Below are positions 1 through 10,863 of a stretch of DNA of 64,000 nucleotides, piece by piece. Under the pieces are notes generated by a model. That model was not told the origin of the DNA and searched no databases. It saw only the letters and a program-made list of their open reading frames with translations. Origin of the DNA: an uncultured Planctomycetaceae bacterium (lineage in GTDB: Bacteria; Planctomycetota; Planctomycetia; Isosphaerales; Isosphaeraceae); NCBI GenBank assembly GCA_963833985.1, contig CAWIAD010000002.1, forward strand, positions 1,184,001-1,248,000. Reading direction: 5' to 3'. The position numbers and the translations under genes are program-made. Position 1 is the first letter of the stretch. Every line of letters starts with the position of its first letter.

Positions 1-421
1 GGTTCAATGTGACCTGATGGTAGCGCGGAATCGTCCCCGCATCGACCTGGTCGCCGGCCTTTTCAGGTTGGTTGACTCCGACGTTGGGAACACCAAGCTG
101 CATCCGCGGCAGCGCGAGGTAGACGAGCACGGAGTCCCGTTTCCGGAAGGCCGGCTCCAGGTCAATCTCGTCGAGCTGCTTCTGGCCGACATCGAGATCG
201 ATGAGCGTACCGTCGCCCATCCTGGCGCTCAGGCCCTGAACCGCGAACCGGTTCTCGGACAGCCGGCCGGCGTCGATCTCGATGGAGCGGATGCCATAGC
301 CATAGGGATGATCAAATTCGAGCGAGGTATGGAGCAGCTCGGCGAGATGGCGATCGGCCGCCTGAAAGTGGTGGGGGCGAAGAAAGAGCCCCTCATACCA
401 GTGCACGGGCAGGTATTGCAT
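1..421 (-). CDS. tssK: T6SS baseplate subunit TssK, N-terminal part (runs off the window edge; not in the ORF track)
   Basis: Manual translation from ATG at 421 gives MQYLPVHWYEGLFLRPHHFQAADRH, matching the TssK N-terminal WxEGxFLxPxHFQ motif; follows vgrG on the same strand. Confidence 0.9.
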   Translation of the reverse strand, partial: MQYLPVHWYEGLFLRPHHFQAADRHLAELLHTSLEFDHPYGYGIRSIEIDAGRLSENRFAVQGLSARMGDGTLIDLDVGQKQLDEIDLEPAFRKRDSVLVYLALPRMQLGVPNVGVNQPEKAGDQVDAGTIPRYHQVTLN

Positions 422-491
422 GACTCGACCTGACCTCTCGGAGAAACTGTGAATGCCCGGCAAGCACTCGGGCCGTGGGCCTCGGGTGCGT

Positions 492-2405
492 TCAGTTGAT
501 GCTGACGACGCCCCCGCTCAGCACCAGAGTGGCGCTGCCGCTGACCTGGGTGCTGGGCGCCGCCACCTGGACCTGGGCGCTTCCCTGGACCGAGACCTGC
601 GGGCCCTTGATGGTCACCCCCTGCTGGTTCACCACCACGCTGCTGGCGCCGACCTTGAGCGTGATCGTCTGCCCGGCCTCGACCGTCCCGCTCCCGGCGG
701 TGATGTTGATCGACAGGTTGCCCTGGGAAACGGTCAGCGAATCGTTCCCCTGATCGATGGTCACGGTCCGATTGCCCTGCTCGATCGATACGGTCTCGCC
801 GCCCGTCTTGAGGGTCAGGGATCGGTCCTTGTAGATGGTGATCGTCTGGCTGCCGTCGTCCGCCTTGCTGCTGCCGACGGCGAGCGTGTCGTTGTTCTCG
901 ATGACGCGGTTGCAGTCCTTCTGGGCATGGATATAAACCTCCTCCGAACCCTTCAGATCCTCGAGGCGGATCTCATTGGAATCGGCGGCCCCACCTTCCT
1001 TCGACGAGCGGCTCTTGATGTAGCTGCGCGTCTTGTTGTCGGGGAGAGTATAGGCGGGCATCTCCCCGGCGTTGGCCACCGTTCCCGTGATCAGCGGCTG
1101 GTCAGGGTCTCCCTCGAGGAAGGTGACGACGACCTCCTGTCCCACCCGGGGGATGAACAGTGTACCCCAGCCCGATCCGGTCCAGGACTGTGAGCACCGT
1201 ATCCAGCACGAGCTGGCATCATCATCCTTGCCGAGACGGTCCCAGTGAAACTGCACCTTGATCCGGCCGTACTTGTCGGGCCAGATTTCCTCGCCCGAGG
1301 GCCCGACGACCAGCGCGGTCTGCGCTCCATGGATGCGCGGCCTTGGCGTTTCGAGCGGCGGGCGAAAGACCGTTGCCGCCGGGATCGCCTCGAACCGGTT
1401 GCGGTAGCCGTTGTCGCGCGAAGCGGTGTGCTCGATGCTGGTGATCGCGTAGGACTGACCAACCTCCGCCTTGTCTGGGTGCCGCTTCACGGTGAACTTG
1501 CCGCCGGTCGTGAACGAGCGATAGGTTCCGGTGGCCTGGACGACGTCATAGGCCGATTCGTCAGCCTCGCTGCGACTCCGAGACCGTGTGCCGCCCTCCG
1601 CCGTGGTCAAATAGCCTCCAGGGTAGTCGAACACCTCGTAGGGCTTCACTGCACTCAGGGGAACGCTGGAGGGCGTCTGCGAGAGTAGATTGGTCGTTGG
1701 CTTCGTGAAGTCGTAATCGGTCAGGGTGAACTTTCCCGACCGCAACTCGAAAGCCCGCTTCCAGGTGATGATGCGGTCGCTTGGTTGCTCTCGCTCGGCG
1801 ATCGGGATATGCACGACCTGAGCCTCGGCGCAGTCGACGAAGCCCCCAGCGTCGTCAATCAGGACCATGGTGTGCTTGCCGTCTTCGTGGCTGAAGTAAT
1901 AGGAGATCCCTTCATCCTCCAGGAGCCGGGAAATGAACTGGAAATCGGTCTCGCGATACTGAACACAGTACTCGCGCGTGGTGTAGGATGCGCTCAGCTT
2001 GAGCTGGAAATCGGAGAACCCCATCTCCCCAAGGATCGTCTGCACAATCTGGACGGTGGTCTGGTTCTGGAAGATCCGGCAGTCCGCGGTGCGCGAAAGC
2101 AGCCAGAACCAGGGGACAAGCTGGATCACGTAACTCCTCGCACCGTCGAGCAGACCGCCGACCACCAGGCGGTTGACGATCCCGTGGAACGGCCGGTAGG
2201 AGGCATCCAGCCCGCTGGTGATCCCCAGAGTCACCCCCAGGCCGACAAGGTCGCTGGCCGCAACCGCGGTATTGCTCGAGATCAGCTCGAGCTGGAACTG
2301 AAACAACCGCGACAGCCCCTCGGTCCCCGTGAACTGAACGAGGCTGAAAGGGCCCGAGCCGTCGATCGGAGTCGTGAGTGTGAACTCGTCACTCAGTTTA
2401 GACAC
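492..2405 (-). CDS. vgrG: T6SS spike protein VgrG/TssI with Gp5-type C-terminal repeats and no effector extension
   Basis: Motifs REYCVQYRETDFQFISRLLEDEGISYYF, GRIKVQFHWDR, IPRVGQEVVVTFLEGDPDQP and EVYIHAQKD. Confidence 0.97.
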   Translation of the reverse strand: MSKLSDEFTLTTPIDGSGPFSLVQFTGTEGLSRLFQFQLELISSNTAVAASDLVGLGVTLGITSGLDASYRPFHGIVNRLVVGGLLDGARSYVIQLVPWFWLLSRTADCRIFQNQTTVQIVQTILGEMGFSDFQLKLSASYTTREYCVQYRETDFQFISRLLEDEGISYYFSHEDGKHTMVLIDDAGGFVDCAEAQVVHIPIAEREQPSDRIITWKRAFELRSGKFTLTDYDFTKPTTNLLSQTPSSVPLSAVKPYEVFDYPGGYLTTAEGGTRSRSRSEADESAYDVVQATGTYRSFTTGGKFTVKRHPDKAEVGQSYAITSIEHTASRDNGYRNRFEAIPAATVFRPPLETPRPRIHGAQTALVVGPSGEEIWPDKYGRIKVQFHWDRLGKDDDASSCWIRCSQSWTGSGWGTLFIPRVGQEVVVTFLEGDPDQPLITGTVANAGEMPAYTLPDNKTRSYIKSRSSKEGGAADSNEIRLEDLKGSEEVYIHAQKDCNRVIENNDTLAVGSSKADDGSQTITIYKDRSLTLKTGGETVSIEQGNRTVTIDQGNDSLTVSQGNLSINITAGSGTVEAGQTITLKVGASSVVVNQQGVTIKGPQVSVQGSAQVQVAAPSTQVSGSATLVLSGGVVSIN

Positions 2406-2435
2406 GGACTCACTTCAAAAGATGAAAGGAACGTG

Positions 2436-2471
2436 CGCCGCGGCGCGGACACAGTGAGTCGCGCCGCGGCG
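2436..2471. terminator. GC-rich stem-loop between hcp and vgrG (terminator, attenuator or mRNA-stability hairpin)
   Basis: CGCCGCGGCGC (2436-2446) pairs with GCGCCGCGGCG (2461-2471), with an inner GAC/GTC pairing. Confidence 0.5.
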
Positions 2472-2515
2472 TTTTGGCAACTGCGTTGGATGAAGCGCCC
2501 GATCCTCGCTGAGCA

Positions 2516-3034
2516 TCATCCCGTGGGTGCGGTCACAACCGTATCGAGGTTGAAGCCGACGGTACTCGGCACGGCCTGCTTGGTGGTGGGATCCTTGAAG
2601 TTGTAGGTCCAGGTGATCGACGTACCGTTCAGGCTGAAAGACTCGGTGGCCACCGAGCCCTCGTCTCCGGCCCCGCTGGTCGAGAAATTCGTGATCCGAA
2701 CGTTCGTCCCCTTGATCGTGTAGTACACGTAAACGGATTTATCGGCCTCGACGGTGGTCATGTCGATCTGGATGTTCTCCAGGGAGTCGCCCTTGAGAAG
2801 TGCCTGAAGGATGTACACCGACGACTTGTCGATGACCTTGGAGATCGAGAGTTCTCCGACCTGAGCCTCTCCACGGTGACGCGACTCTTCGGAGCCTCCG
2901 TCGGAGACCACGGGACGCGCCGCACTGAACGACCAGCTATTGATCGGAATCCAGTCGATGTGGGTCGACTCCGTCGAACCGCCTTTGATGGTCGGAGTCG
3001 TACCCGTCTGGGCCAGCATCAAGTAAGCACCCAT
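2516..3034 (-). CDS. hcp: T6SS tube protein Hcp/TssD
   Basis: IKGGSTESTHIDWIPINSWSF, SISKVIDKSS and ESFSLNGTSITWTY motifs; 172 aa; next to vgrG. Confidence 0.93.
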   Translation of the reverse strand: MGAYLMLAQTGTTPTIKGGSTESTHIDWIPINSWSFSAARPVVSDGGSEESRHRGEAQVGELSISKVIDKSSVYILQALLKGDSLENIQIDMTTVEADKSVYVYYTIKGTNVRITNFSTSGAGDEGSVATESFSLNGTSITWTYNFKDPTTKQAVPSTVGFNLDTVVTAPTG

Positions 3035-3106
3035 TTTTCACCTCTCTTGAACATGAATTCCCGCCCATGATCCGAACCGGACCGTCCGGCAGGGCACTGG
3101 GCGTGG

Positions 3107-4436
3107 TCACTTCGCAAATCCTCCAATGACCTCGTCCGAGAAGACCGCGTCGCCGTTTTCCGTCTCGAAGGGCCCACCCTGGAGCCAGACATTCCAGCCC
3201 AGGAGCGGGCACTTTTCCTCGCAACCTCCCAGCTCCACTGGAAATGAGAAGTCCCTGGGCACAACGAGCTGAACGTCAAACTCGAGCTCCGGGCCGGCGT
3301 AGACGCGCACGAGCTGCTGCAAGACCCTGAGTTCATCACCCAGCGCCACCGGCAGAAAACGGCAAAACTGTGCCGGGTTCTGGAGTGGACCAACCCTGAT
3401 GCGAAACCGGCTCTCCACGTCCCAGACCGCCTCCCCGAGCACCGCATTTCCACCCAGCCGGTTATTGGGTGTTCCAGACCGCCTCGTGCCGCCGAGGTGC
3501 GACCTGTCTGCCGGCTCCAGAACAAGCCACTGCCCCTGGAACTGAATCACCTGGATCGGCAAGCCGAAGTGCTCCGCCAGGATCCTCTCCAGCCCGACAG
3601 ACGAGCGCGGCAGGTGCGCGAACAGACCCGCGAAGTCGAGCATCGCCGTTTCGAGGCGTCTGTACCGGCCGCGTTGCCCTGGTGTTCCCAGGCCGACCAG
3701 AGCCAGCAGGCTGCGGCTGAACGCGTCGTCCTGCGCCCGACCGCGGTTTCTTTCCGGGGCGAGCCGGGACTGGAGCTTCCGCCAGCTCTCGAAGAAGAGC
3801 GAGACGGCACCGTGTTTGGACCGGCTCGACAGCAGTTTCCTGCTCTCCCGGCGCACCGGAACCTGGTCCCCGCGATGGCGATGGATCCGCTCGTAGGCGA
3901 TCGGAAAGCGATACTTGACCCAGGCCCGATAGTAGAGGGAGATCGCGCGATGGTTGAAGATGTCCAGAAAATCGCGAAAGACCCGGTCTCTGGCGCAGAG
4001 CGCCGCCTGAGCAAGCGGTGGAAGTACGTGGGGAGGGCTCCCAGCGGACCGGTCAAACCGATGAACCCCACCGTCATATGAGGCGGTGAGATCGGGGCCA
4101 GAGAATCGCCGGTCAGCCTCGCCGCCGAGGATCCCGGGATCTCGAGAGCACCCGGATTGCTGGCCGTGCTCCCTGGCGGCCGGATGGCCAGCACTTCATC
4201 GGCGGGAAATCGAGCGGATTCCGTGGCGCGGAACCGGACGGCCTCTTGCCCGGCCGGAACGTCTCCGCCCACCGACGCGTCGGTTTCGTGAAATCGCGCG
4301 CGGCGCTTGCAGATGCGCGGCCATGCGCCGCCATCCACTCGAGCAGACGGGTTCCTTGAAAGAACCCGAATCGCCATGGCTCCTGGAGCAATTGCTCGCT
4401 CACAGGAGGATCCTGTCGCCCGCCCTGCACGCCCAT
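3107..4436 (-). CDS. tssG: T6SS baseplate subunit TssG, split over three frames by two apparent frameshifts (~4290 and ~4000)
   Basis: Frame 1 has FGFFQGTRLLE; frame 2 has VRFRATESARFPADEV...MTVGFIGLTGPLGALPTY; frame 3 has DFLDIFNHRAISLYYRAWVKYR...QFQGQWL...RFRIRVGPL. Confidence 0.85.
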
Positions 4437-6274
4437 CGCTTCAAGACCCGATCCCGATTTCCTGTGGATACCACCGCCACCATCCGCGTGAACGAGTTGA
4501 TCGTCACGTAGAGCCCGAAAAACCGTTCCAGTACGCTGGCCAGCAGGAAGACGCTGCTGCCGGCAAACCGGTCCTCATCAAACTTGACCGTCACCTCGAG
4601 TCCGCGCACGAACCCCGTCTCGCCCGAGCTCTCGTCGGCCCTGCCCACGATCCGCCGGCACTCGACGGCCGTGACGCCGTCGATCATCGCCTGCGTCTCT
4701 TCCGAGTCCGCAAAGTCATAAAGCTGAAGGATGGCCCGCAGCGCCTCGGCTCCGTCACGGCCTTCACTGATTGACAGATGATTCAGCGTCAGGTGCGAGA
4801 TCAGCGGCCAGAGCACGGCATGCCCCAGCGCCGGGCGGAGCGTCGGCGTGGGCGGCGTCAGGCAGAGGATCGATTTCACCGGGATCGAGTGCTCGGCCTG
4901 GAGCCGGGGCTGATTTCCGCCGAAGGGAAGCTGAGCAGGCAGGTCACGGTTCAGACAGGTGGTCTCCAGATGCAGCGTCGCCCGGCCGGCATCAGCCGGT
5001 TGAAAGTCAAGATCAACCAGCGTCAGGAAGACGTCCGTGCCGGAATCCGGATGGCCGTTGTGCGAGGGCGAGCGCCGGCGCGTGGCGTGCCAGTACGTCT
5101 GACTGGCGTGTTCACCGGCGGGACGAGACGAGTAGAATCCTCGGTACTCGGTCGCGATGCCATCGTTCGAGGTCGCGGTCACGCGGTCGACCGAATAGAC
5201 TTCATGCGACTGCGGCCGCCTGGCGTCCGCGACGATGCGCAGCTCCGCCGCGGTGTGCGACAGCCGGATCGGTTCGGCCCGTTTGCGATACAGGTTGATG
5301 ATCGGGGTGCAGCCAAGGAGAAATGTGTCCCTGGTCACGTAAGACGGTTCCAGCCGGGGAGGCAGCTTGCCGAGAAAGAAAAACAGATCCAGATTCGATC
5401 CCGCATCGTCGGGGATCTTGTCGCCCAGTCCGGTGACGTCACAGAACAGGAACTTGGACGGGAATGTGAAGAACTCGGTGAGGAGTCTGTAGCCGGGGAA
5501 CGACTGCGCGGGGTAGGGTATCATCCCTTCATCCAGCTCGAACCCCACTGGCTTCAGGCAGTCTGGCCCCAGCGACGCGGCGCGCCGGGAACTGGATGAG
5601 CTGGCGACGACCACCTCGAGGACATCGAGGAACAGTGCCTCGTAGAGGTCGAACACATACTGGTTCCTGCCCAGCAGGAAGAACCGGATCGTATCCAGCC
5701 CCAGTTCGGACATCTTCAGCTTGGGATCGTCGGTGTCGACATCAAGGCATTCCAGTCCAATATGCAGTACCCAGGAAGCCTCCGCGGAGCGTTCCCCGGC
5801 GGGTGCCGGGAAGGGCCGGGAATGGAGGCCCGCCTGCCGGATGCGAATTGGCCAGAGCTCCGTCGGATAGCAGGTACGGAACCGGCACGGCTCGCCGTCC
5901 AGAATCTCCAGTTGCGGATCGGTCTCGACCACGAATCCTTGCGGAATCGTGCAACCGACCGTTTGCTTCCCCTGCGCAGGATCGGGAAGGAACTGGACAA
6001 TTGCCATCGAGGGGATCGGTGCCAGGTAATGCGGGTAGAGAACGCCCAGCATCGCCTCGGCCAGCTCCGGAAAGTCGTCGTCGAGCTTCTGGCGAATTCG
6101 TGCGTTCATCAGCGCACACGATTCGACGAGCCGGGCCACCAGGGGATCGTCAAGGCGCTCGGGGCCCAGCCGGATCCGACCGGCGATCTTCGGGTACTGC
6201 TTGGCGAACTCCGTTCCTAGCTGGCGGATGAAGGCCAGTTCTCGCTGGTAGTAATCAAGCAGCGCCTCTCTCAC
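4400..6274 (-). CDS. tssF: T6SS baseplate subunit TssF
   Basis: LLDYYQRELAFIRQLGTEFAKQYPKIAGR, YPHYLAPIPSM, GYRLLTEFFTFP, WPLISHLTLNHLS and FFGLYVTINSFT motifs. Confidence 0.97.
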   Translation of the reverse strand: MREALLDYYQRELAFIRQLGTEFAKQYPKIAGRIRLGPERLDDPLVARLVESCALMNARIRQKLDDDFPELAEAMLGVLYPHYLAPIPSMAIVQFLPDPAQGKQTVGCTIPQGFVVETDPQLEILDGEPCRFRTCYPTELWPIRIRQAGLHSRPFPAPAGERSAEASWVLHIGLECLDVDTDDPKLKMSELGLDTIRFFLLGRNQYVFDLYEALFLDVLEVVVASSSSSRRAASLGPDCLKPVGFELDEGMIPYPAQSFPGYRLLTEFFTFPSKFLFCDVTGLGDKIPDDAGSNLDLFFFLGKLPPRLEPSYVTRDTFLLGCTPIINLYRKRAEPIRLSHTAAELRIVADARRPQSHEVYSVDRVTATSNDGIATEYRGFYSSRPAGEHASQTYWHATRRRSPSHNGHPDSGTDVFLTLVDLDFQPADAGRATLHLETTCLNRDLPAQLPFGGNQPRLQAEHSIPVKSILCLTPPTPTLRPALGHAVLWPLISHLTLNHLSISEGRDGAEALRAILQLYDFADSEETQAMIDGVTAVECRRIVGRADESSGETGFVRGLEVTVKFDEDRFAGSSVFLLASVLERFFGLYVTINSFTRMVAVVSTGNRDRVLKRWACRAGDRILL

Positions 6275-6871
6275 GCCAGGTCCTCCCGCAGCCCGAATCG
6301 CCCCGTGGAAGAATCCACGTAGGCCTGTAGCGAGACCGACCCTTCCCCGATCAGGTTCGCTTCAATCCGGAAGTCGCAATGGCTCCAGTGGACCAGGAGC
6401 CGCCTCGACCAGGACGTGCACATCGGCAAGCCGTGGCTCAAATTGCCGGATCGCCAGCTCCACAGCCTGCCGCAGGCCTTCGCGAGATCGAGCAGAGGTT
6501 GGCCCGCTGCCGCGTATGGCTGCCAGCCCGAAATCGAGAACCGAACTGCTGAGTTCACCCGGAACCTCCGGCAGCGACACAACCGAGCGCCTCGTGTTGA
6601 GCAGGACTTCCAGGTCGCGGAGGATGGCATCCCGGCGCAGCCGGGCCAGGTCGCGGCGCACCAGCCCGGCGCGCAGGCGACTCATCGAGCCGCCATTCTT
6701 CGGCTGGCGATCCGGGTTGGTCCGCAATTCCTGATCGTGCGGCAGCGGCTCCTCAATCAGGCGATCGAGCAGGGGCAGGGGGATGGGCGGCGTTCTGGAG
6801 GCTCGGTTCATTGATCTTGCGCTCTGCTTGATTTCTGGCAACCGCGGTCCGGTCCTCGGCGTGCTTACCAC
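6271..6871 (-). CDS. tssE: T6SS baseplate subunit TssE (gp25-like), one apparent frameshift near 6375; true start may be downstream of 6871
   Basis: LLDRL...ILRDLEVLLNTR...SVLDFGL...AIRQFEPRL in one frame continues as FRIEANLIG...YVDSSTGRF in the other. Confidence 0.85.
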
Positions 6872-6895
6872 GTTTGCTCTCGAGTGCCGGAGGGT

Positions 6896-8464
6896 TCAGG
6901 CTACGGGCTGCAAGCTCATGTGGTCAGACAGTTCCGTGGTCAGCCGCAGAGTGGCGGTCAGGCTCTCTTCCTGAAGTCGGGGCCTGAGGTGCAGCACGCA
7001 CACATAGCTTCCCGGTTTGTCGGGCCGCTCCCGCACCATGACGAGGGCCTCGGCAAGGGGATAGCGCGGGACGTGATCGGCCCCTGCATCCTCATTTGCG
7101 GAGACGTAGCGTGTCAGCCAGCGCTGCAAGATCAACTCCAGCTCACGGGGCTCCAGAAAACTGCCGATCCTGTCCCGGGCGATCACCTTCAGATAGTGGG
7201 CGAACCGGCAGACGTTGAGAATCACTGGAATCCGGGCCGAGAGCCGTGCGTTTGCCGTCGCGATGGCACGATCGTAGACGGCGGGACGCTGGAGCGTCTC
7301 GACACCGTAGAATGCCGAGAAAGTCGTCCCTGGACAGTGGCAGAGCGGCAGAAATCCCAGGTCGCGTAGCTCGTGGTCGAGCTCCTCATCGATGTTCAGA
7401 TCGGTCGAGCCTCGGGGAACGGTCCGCCGCGGGTCGCAACGAAACGCCGGAGTCGGCAAGCCGGTCACGAGCCCGCCTCCGACCTGCCCGCGTTCTGCGC
7501 CTCGGATGTCCTCCAGCCAGCCGTGACGCCGGAAGGCTCGAACCAGGACACCCGCATACGCATAGACGGCCGGCCCCCAGAGGTACTGGCCCGTTCCGGG
7601 GCCCGAGACTTCCTCACGATAAGGGAACTCGCAATGCCCCGTTGCCTCGCAGTCATGAGGTTCACGACGCAGGACTCGCGGCACGGTCAGCACCAGGAAC
7701 CGTGCGTCCTCGCTCTCGCGCAGCGATCGCCATTTGAGGTAGTCAAGGCGATCGAAATCGCGCTCCAGTTCCATCGGCCGCTCCAGCTCACCGAACTCAT
7801 CAAGGCCGAACAGTGCAGGATGGGCGCCGATGATCAGTGGTGCGAAGGCCGCGGCCGCGACCTGGGACAGCGACGCCAGCGCCTCGAGATCGTTGGTCGG
7901 ATGCCCGCGGCCGGGTCGAAGACGGACCTCGTAATCGCCGAGGAGAACACTGAACGGTTCGCCCCCCGGCATGTCGAACTCATCACCGTAAACCTTGCGA
8001 AAGAGGACGCTCTGGTCGAACTCGATGGCGCGCTCGAGGTCTCGAGCCAGCTCGGTCCAGGCGGCCGAGAAAACCCTGATCTTCACATTCGCCCCGGGTT
8101 CCACGCGGCCGACCAGGTCCTGGAGTCCGCGCCAGGAGGCCTCGAGCTGCTGGAAGGCCGGGTTGTGCAGGACTGCATCGAGCTGCCGGCCCAGGTGCTC
8201 ATCGATCCGGGCGATGTCGCGTTCCAGCATGCAGAGCAACTCGCTGCCGCTCGCGGGGACGTGGCCGCGCCGCCACTGGTCAATCCACGTCGCCAGCGCG
8301 CTCACGTGGTCCGTCTCTTCAAGGAACTGGAGCAGCGCCGGGCTGCGCACCCCGGATCCGCCCAGCGTCGCGAGCAACCGGTCGAAAGGCAGCATCTGTG
8401 ACGCCGTGACCGGTGGACTGGCATCGGGCTTGCTAGTTTCCGGGTTGGTATTCATCGTCGACAC
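6896..8464 (-). CDS. tssC: T6SS contractile sheath large subunit TssC, second divergent copy
   Basis: FQQLEASWRGL, EFDQSVLFRKVYGDEFDMPGGEPF, RFAHYLKVIARDRIGSF and YPLAEA motifs. Confidence 0.92.
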   Translation of the reverse strand: MSTMNTNPETSKPDASPPVTASQMLPFDRLLATLGGSGVRSPALLQFLEETDHVSALATWIDQWRRGHVPASGSELLCMLERDIARIDEHLGRQLDAVLHNPAFQQLEASWRGLQDLVGRVEPGANVKIRVFSAAWTELARDLERAIEFDQSVLFRKVYGDEFDMPGGEPFSVLLGDYEVRLRPGRGHPTNDLEALASLSQVAAAAFAPLIIGAHPALFGLDEFGELERPMELERDFDRLDYLKWRSLRESEDARFLVLTVPRVLRREPHDCEATGHCEFPYREEVSGPGTGQYLWGPAVYAYAGVLVRAFRRHGWLEDIRGAERGQVGGGLVTGLPTPAFRCDPRRTVPRGSTDLNIDEELDHELRDLGFLPLCHCPGTTFSAFYGVETLQRPAVYDRAIATANARLSARIPVILNVCRFAHYLKVIARDRIGSFLEPRELELILQRWLTRYVSANEDAGADHVPRYPLAEALVMVRERPDKPGSYVCVLHLRPRLQEESLTATLRLTTELSDHMSLQPVA

Positions 8465-8717
8465 GGTTCTCAGCGTTGCAGATCGGGTTGATCAATCAAT
8501 GGCCACCCAGGATCGCGACAATCGGCTGCCAGCGACGTTTGTGGATTGATCGCGCGTTGTGCTGGCCTGCCTGCCTGCCCGCGCAGCGAAACACTGCTGA
8601 TGGCTGCCAACGACCGTGGCACGGGACGACTCCAGGCGTACACGCGAACCGTTCAGGAGCCAGACGGGAGCGCCGTCTCCTGAACGGTCACGAAAGACAT
8701 TGCGTGCGCGGCTCAAC

Positions 8718-10202
8718 TCAACCCTTGGGAATTCTGGCCACCATCCGCAAGGACGTGGTCAGCTCCTCGAGTTGCAGCCAGGGCCGCAGCCAGAAGATGG
8801 CATTGTAGGAACCTGGCCGACCGGGGATCTCCAGCACCTGGACCTTGGCGTCGGACAGGGGATACCTGGCTTTCAGGGCCTGTCCGCCGTCAGGGTTGGC
8901 GTTGACGTAGTTGAGGATCCACCGTTGCAACTGGAGCTCGACGTCGATGGCCTCAGCGAAGGAGCCGATCTTGTCGCGGGCGATCACCTTGATGTAGTGA
9001 GCGAACCGCGACGCGGCCATGATGTAGGTCAACCGCGCCGAGATGACGGCGTTGGAGGTCGCCTCGGGACGGTCGTACTTCTTGGGCTTTTGCACCGTTT
9101 GTGAGCCAAAGAACACGGCGTAGTCGGTGTTCTTGTAGTGGCAGAGAGCCAGGAAGCCCAGCTTGTCGAGCTCGGCCTCACGGCGGTCGGTGATGCCGAT
9201 CTCGGTGGGGCATTTCAGGTCCGGGTCGCCATCGTCGCTGATGAAGATATGCGCCGGGAGTCCCTCGACCTTGCCACCGCCTTCGGCGCCGCGGGTCGCC
9301 GTGCACCACCCATACTGGGAAAATGCGTCGGTGAGCCGCGTTCCCAGGACATAGGCGGCGTTCATCCAGGTGTACTGATCGTTCGGAACGGGCCGCGATC
9401 GCTTCATGGCGTCGAGCGGAACTTCCTCGAAGCCAAACTCCTCGATCGGCCGCGTGGCCTCCCCGTAAGGCAAGCGGGCAAGGACTCGGGGCAGGGTCAA
9501 GAGCAGGAACCGCGAATCCTCGGTGTCACGGAGCGATCGCCACTTCACGTACTCGATCGAGTCGAAGATCTTCTCGAGGTCACGCGGCCGAGCGAGCTCG
9601 ATCCAGCTGTCGAACCCGAAAAGCTGCGGAGAGGCGGCCGAGAGGAACGGGCAGAAGCCGGCTGCGGCGATGTTCGAGATGCTGGCGAGCATCTCGAGGT
9701 CGTCGGGATGATTGCGAAACTCGTAATCGCCGATGAGCGCGCCGTAGGGCTCTCCGCCCGGTGAGCCGTACTCGGCCTCGTAGATCTTCTTGAAGAGGTT
9801 GCTCTGGTCGAACTCGACAGCCTTCTCCAGGTCTTTCCGGACCTCGTCCTTGGTTGCGGACATCACCTTGATCTTGAGCTTGCTACTGGTCTCGGAGTTC
9901 ATGACCAGGTGATGCAGTCCGCGGTAGCTTCCCTCGAGTTGCTGAAACTCCGGGTGGTGCATGACAGCGGCGAGCTGCTTGGAGATCAGCGCGTCGAGCT
10001 TGTCGATCGTATTCTGGATCGTCCGGCTGAGATTCACCTCCCAGTCGACGTTCTTCTTCTCGACCTGCTCCGTCAGGTTCTTCAGCAAGGCGAGGGTGGT
10101 TCCCTTCTCCGTCTGCTTCGTCGCTGCGTAGCACTGCTCGAGCAAGCTCATCTCAGCGACTGCGGTACCACCGGATTCGACGGTCTGGGTGCCAATGCTC
10201 AT
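8718..10202 (-). CDS. tssC: T6SS contractile sheath large subunit TssC
   Basis: [59 protein letters not shown] and [11 protein letters not shown] motifs. Confidence 0.97.
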   Translation of the reverse strand: MSIGTQTVESGGTAVAEMSLLEQCYAATKQTEKGTTLALLKNLTEQVEKKNVDWEVNLSRTIQNTIDKLDALISKQLAAVMHHPEFQQLEGSYRGLHHLVMNSETSSKLKIKVMSATKDEVRKDLEKAVEFDQSNLFKKIYEAEYGSPGGEPYGALIGDYEFRNHPDDLEMLASISNIAAAGFCPFLSAASPQLFGFDSWIELARPRDLEKIFDSIEYVKWRSLRDTEDSRFLLLTLPRVLARLPYGEATRPIEEFGFEEVPLDAMKRSRPVPNDQYTWMNAAYVLGTRLTDAFSQYGWCTATRGAEGGGKVEGLPAHIFISDDGDPDLKCPTEIGITDRREAELDKLGFLALCHYKNTDYAVFFGSQTVQKPKKYDRPEATSNAVISARLTYIMAASRFAHYIKVIARDKIGSFAEAIDVELQLQRWILNYVNANPDGGQALKARYPLSDAKVQVLEIPGRPGSYNAIFWLRPWLQLEELTTSLRMVARIPKG

Positions 10203-10756
10203 GACTTCTTCTCCTCGGGCAATGCCGCTGGCTGGCTCTCGCTGCTTGTGGTCGACGCACTCTGCTCGATGTCCGCTCCCAGCTCCTTGCGCATGTTCTC
10301 GTTCTGTACAACCTGCTCCAGCAGGTTCTCCAGGTCCGGAGACCGATCAGCCTTCGTGAGCAGTTCCTGAAGTTTGTTGCGGATGTCCAGCAGAGTTGCG
10401 ATGTCGCCGACTTGCCTGGCCACGCGCCCGGGCTCAAAGTCTTCCATCGACTCGAAGGCAAGCTGAACCGAAAGCTCGCTGCCGTCTCCCTTGATCAGGT
10501 TCGGAGACTTGAAACTGAGCGCCGGCCGCATGCGCTCCAGCACCTCGTTGAAGTTGTCCCGATCAATCTGAACGAATTTGCGGTCCTTCAACGGAGGCAG
10601 CGGAGCCAGCGGCTTCCCTGAGAAATCTCCGATCACCCCGACAACAAACGGGAGTTCCTTTTGAACCACCGCCCCTTCGGTCTCCACATCGTAGGTGATG
10701 TGCACGCGGGGCTTGCGCACGCGACTGAGCTTGGCATGAATGCTTTGACTTATCAT
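10199..10756 (-). CDS. tssB: T6SS contractile sheath small subunit TssB
   Basis: [46 protein letters not shown] at 10756 preferred over 10867. Confidence 0.96.
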   Translation of the reverse strand: MISQSIHAKLSRVRKPRVHITYDVETEGAVVQKELPFVVGVIGDFSGKPLAPLPPLKDRKFVQIDRDNFNEVLERMRPALSFKSPNLIKGDGSELSVQLAFESMEDFEPGRVARQVGDIATLLDIRNKLQELLTKADRSPDLENLLEQVVQNENMRKELGADIEQSASTTSSESQPAALPEEKKS

Positions 10757-10863
10757 GTGGCAGTCTCGAAAGAGGCAATGGGAGAACGGGAACCGACTGG
10801 GACAGGGAATGGCTGACGATTGGTGATCGACCTCGATTCGCGGATGCACATCCGGAATGGAAC

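Noticed and set aside
17..433. 138-aa plus-strand ORF
   Set aside because: Antisense shadow of tssK on the minus strand.
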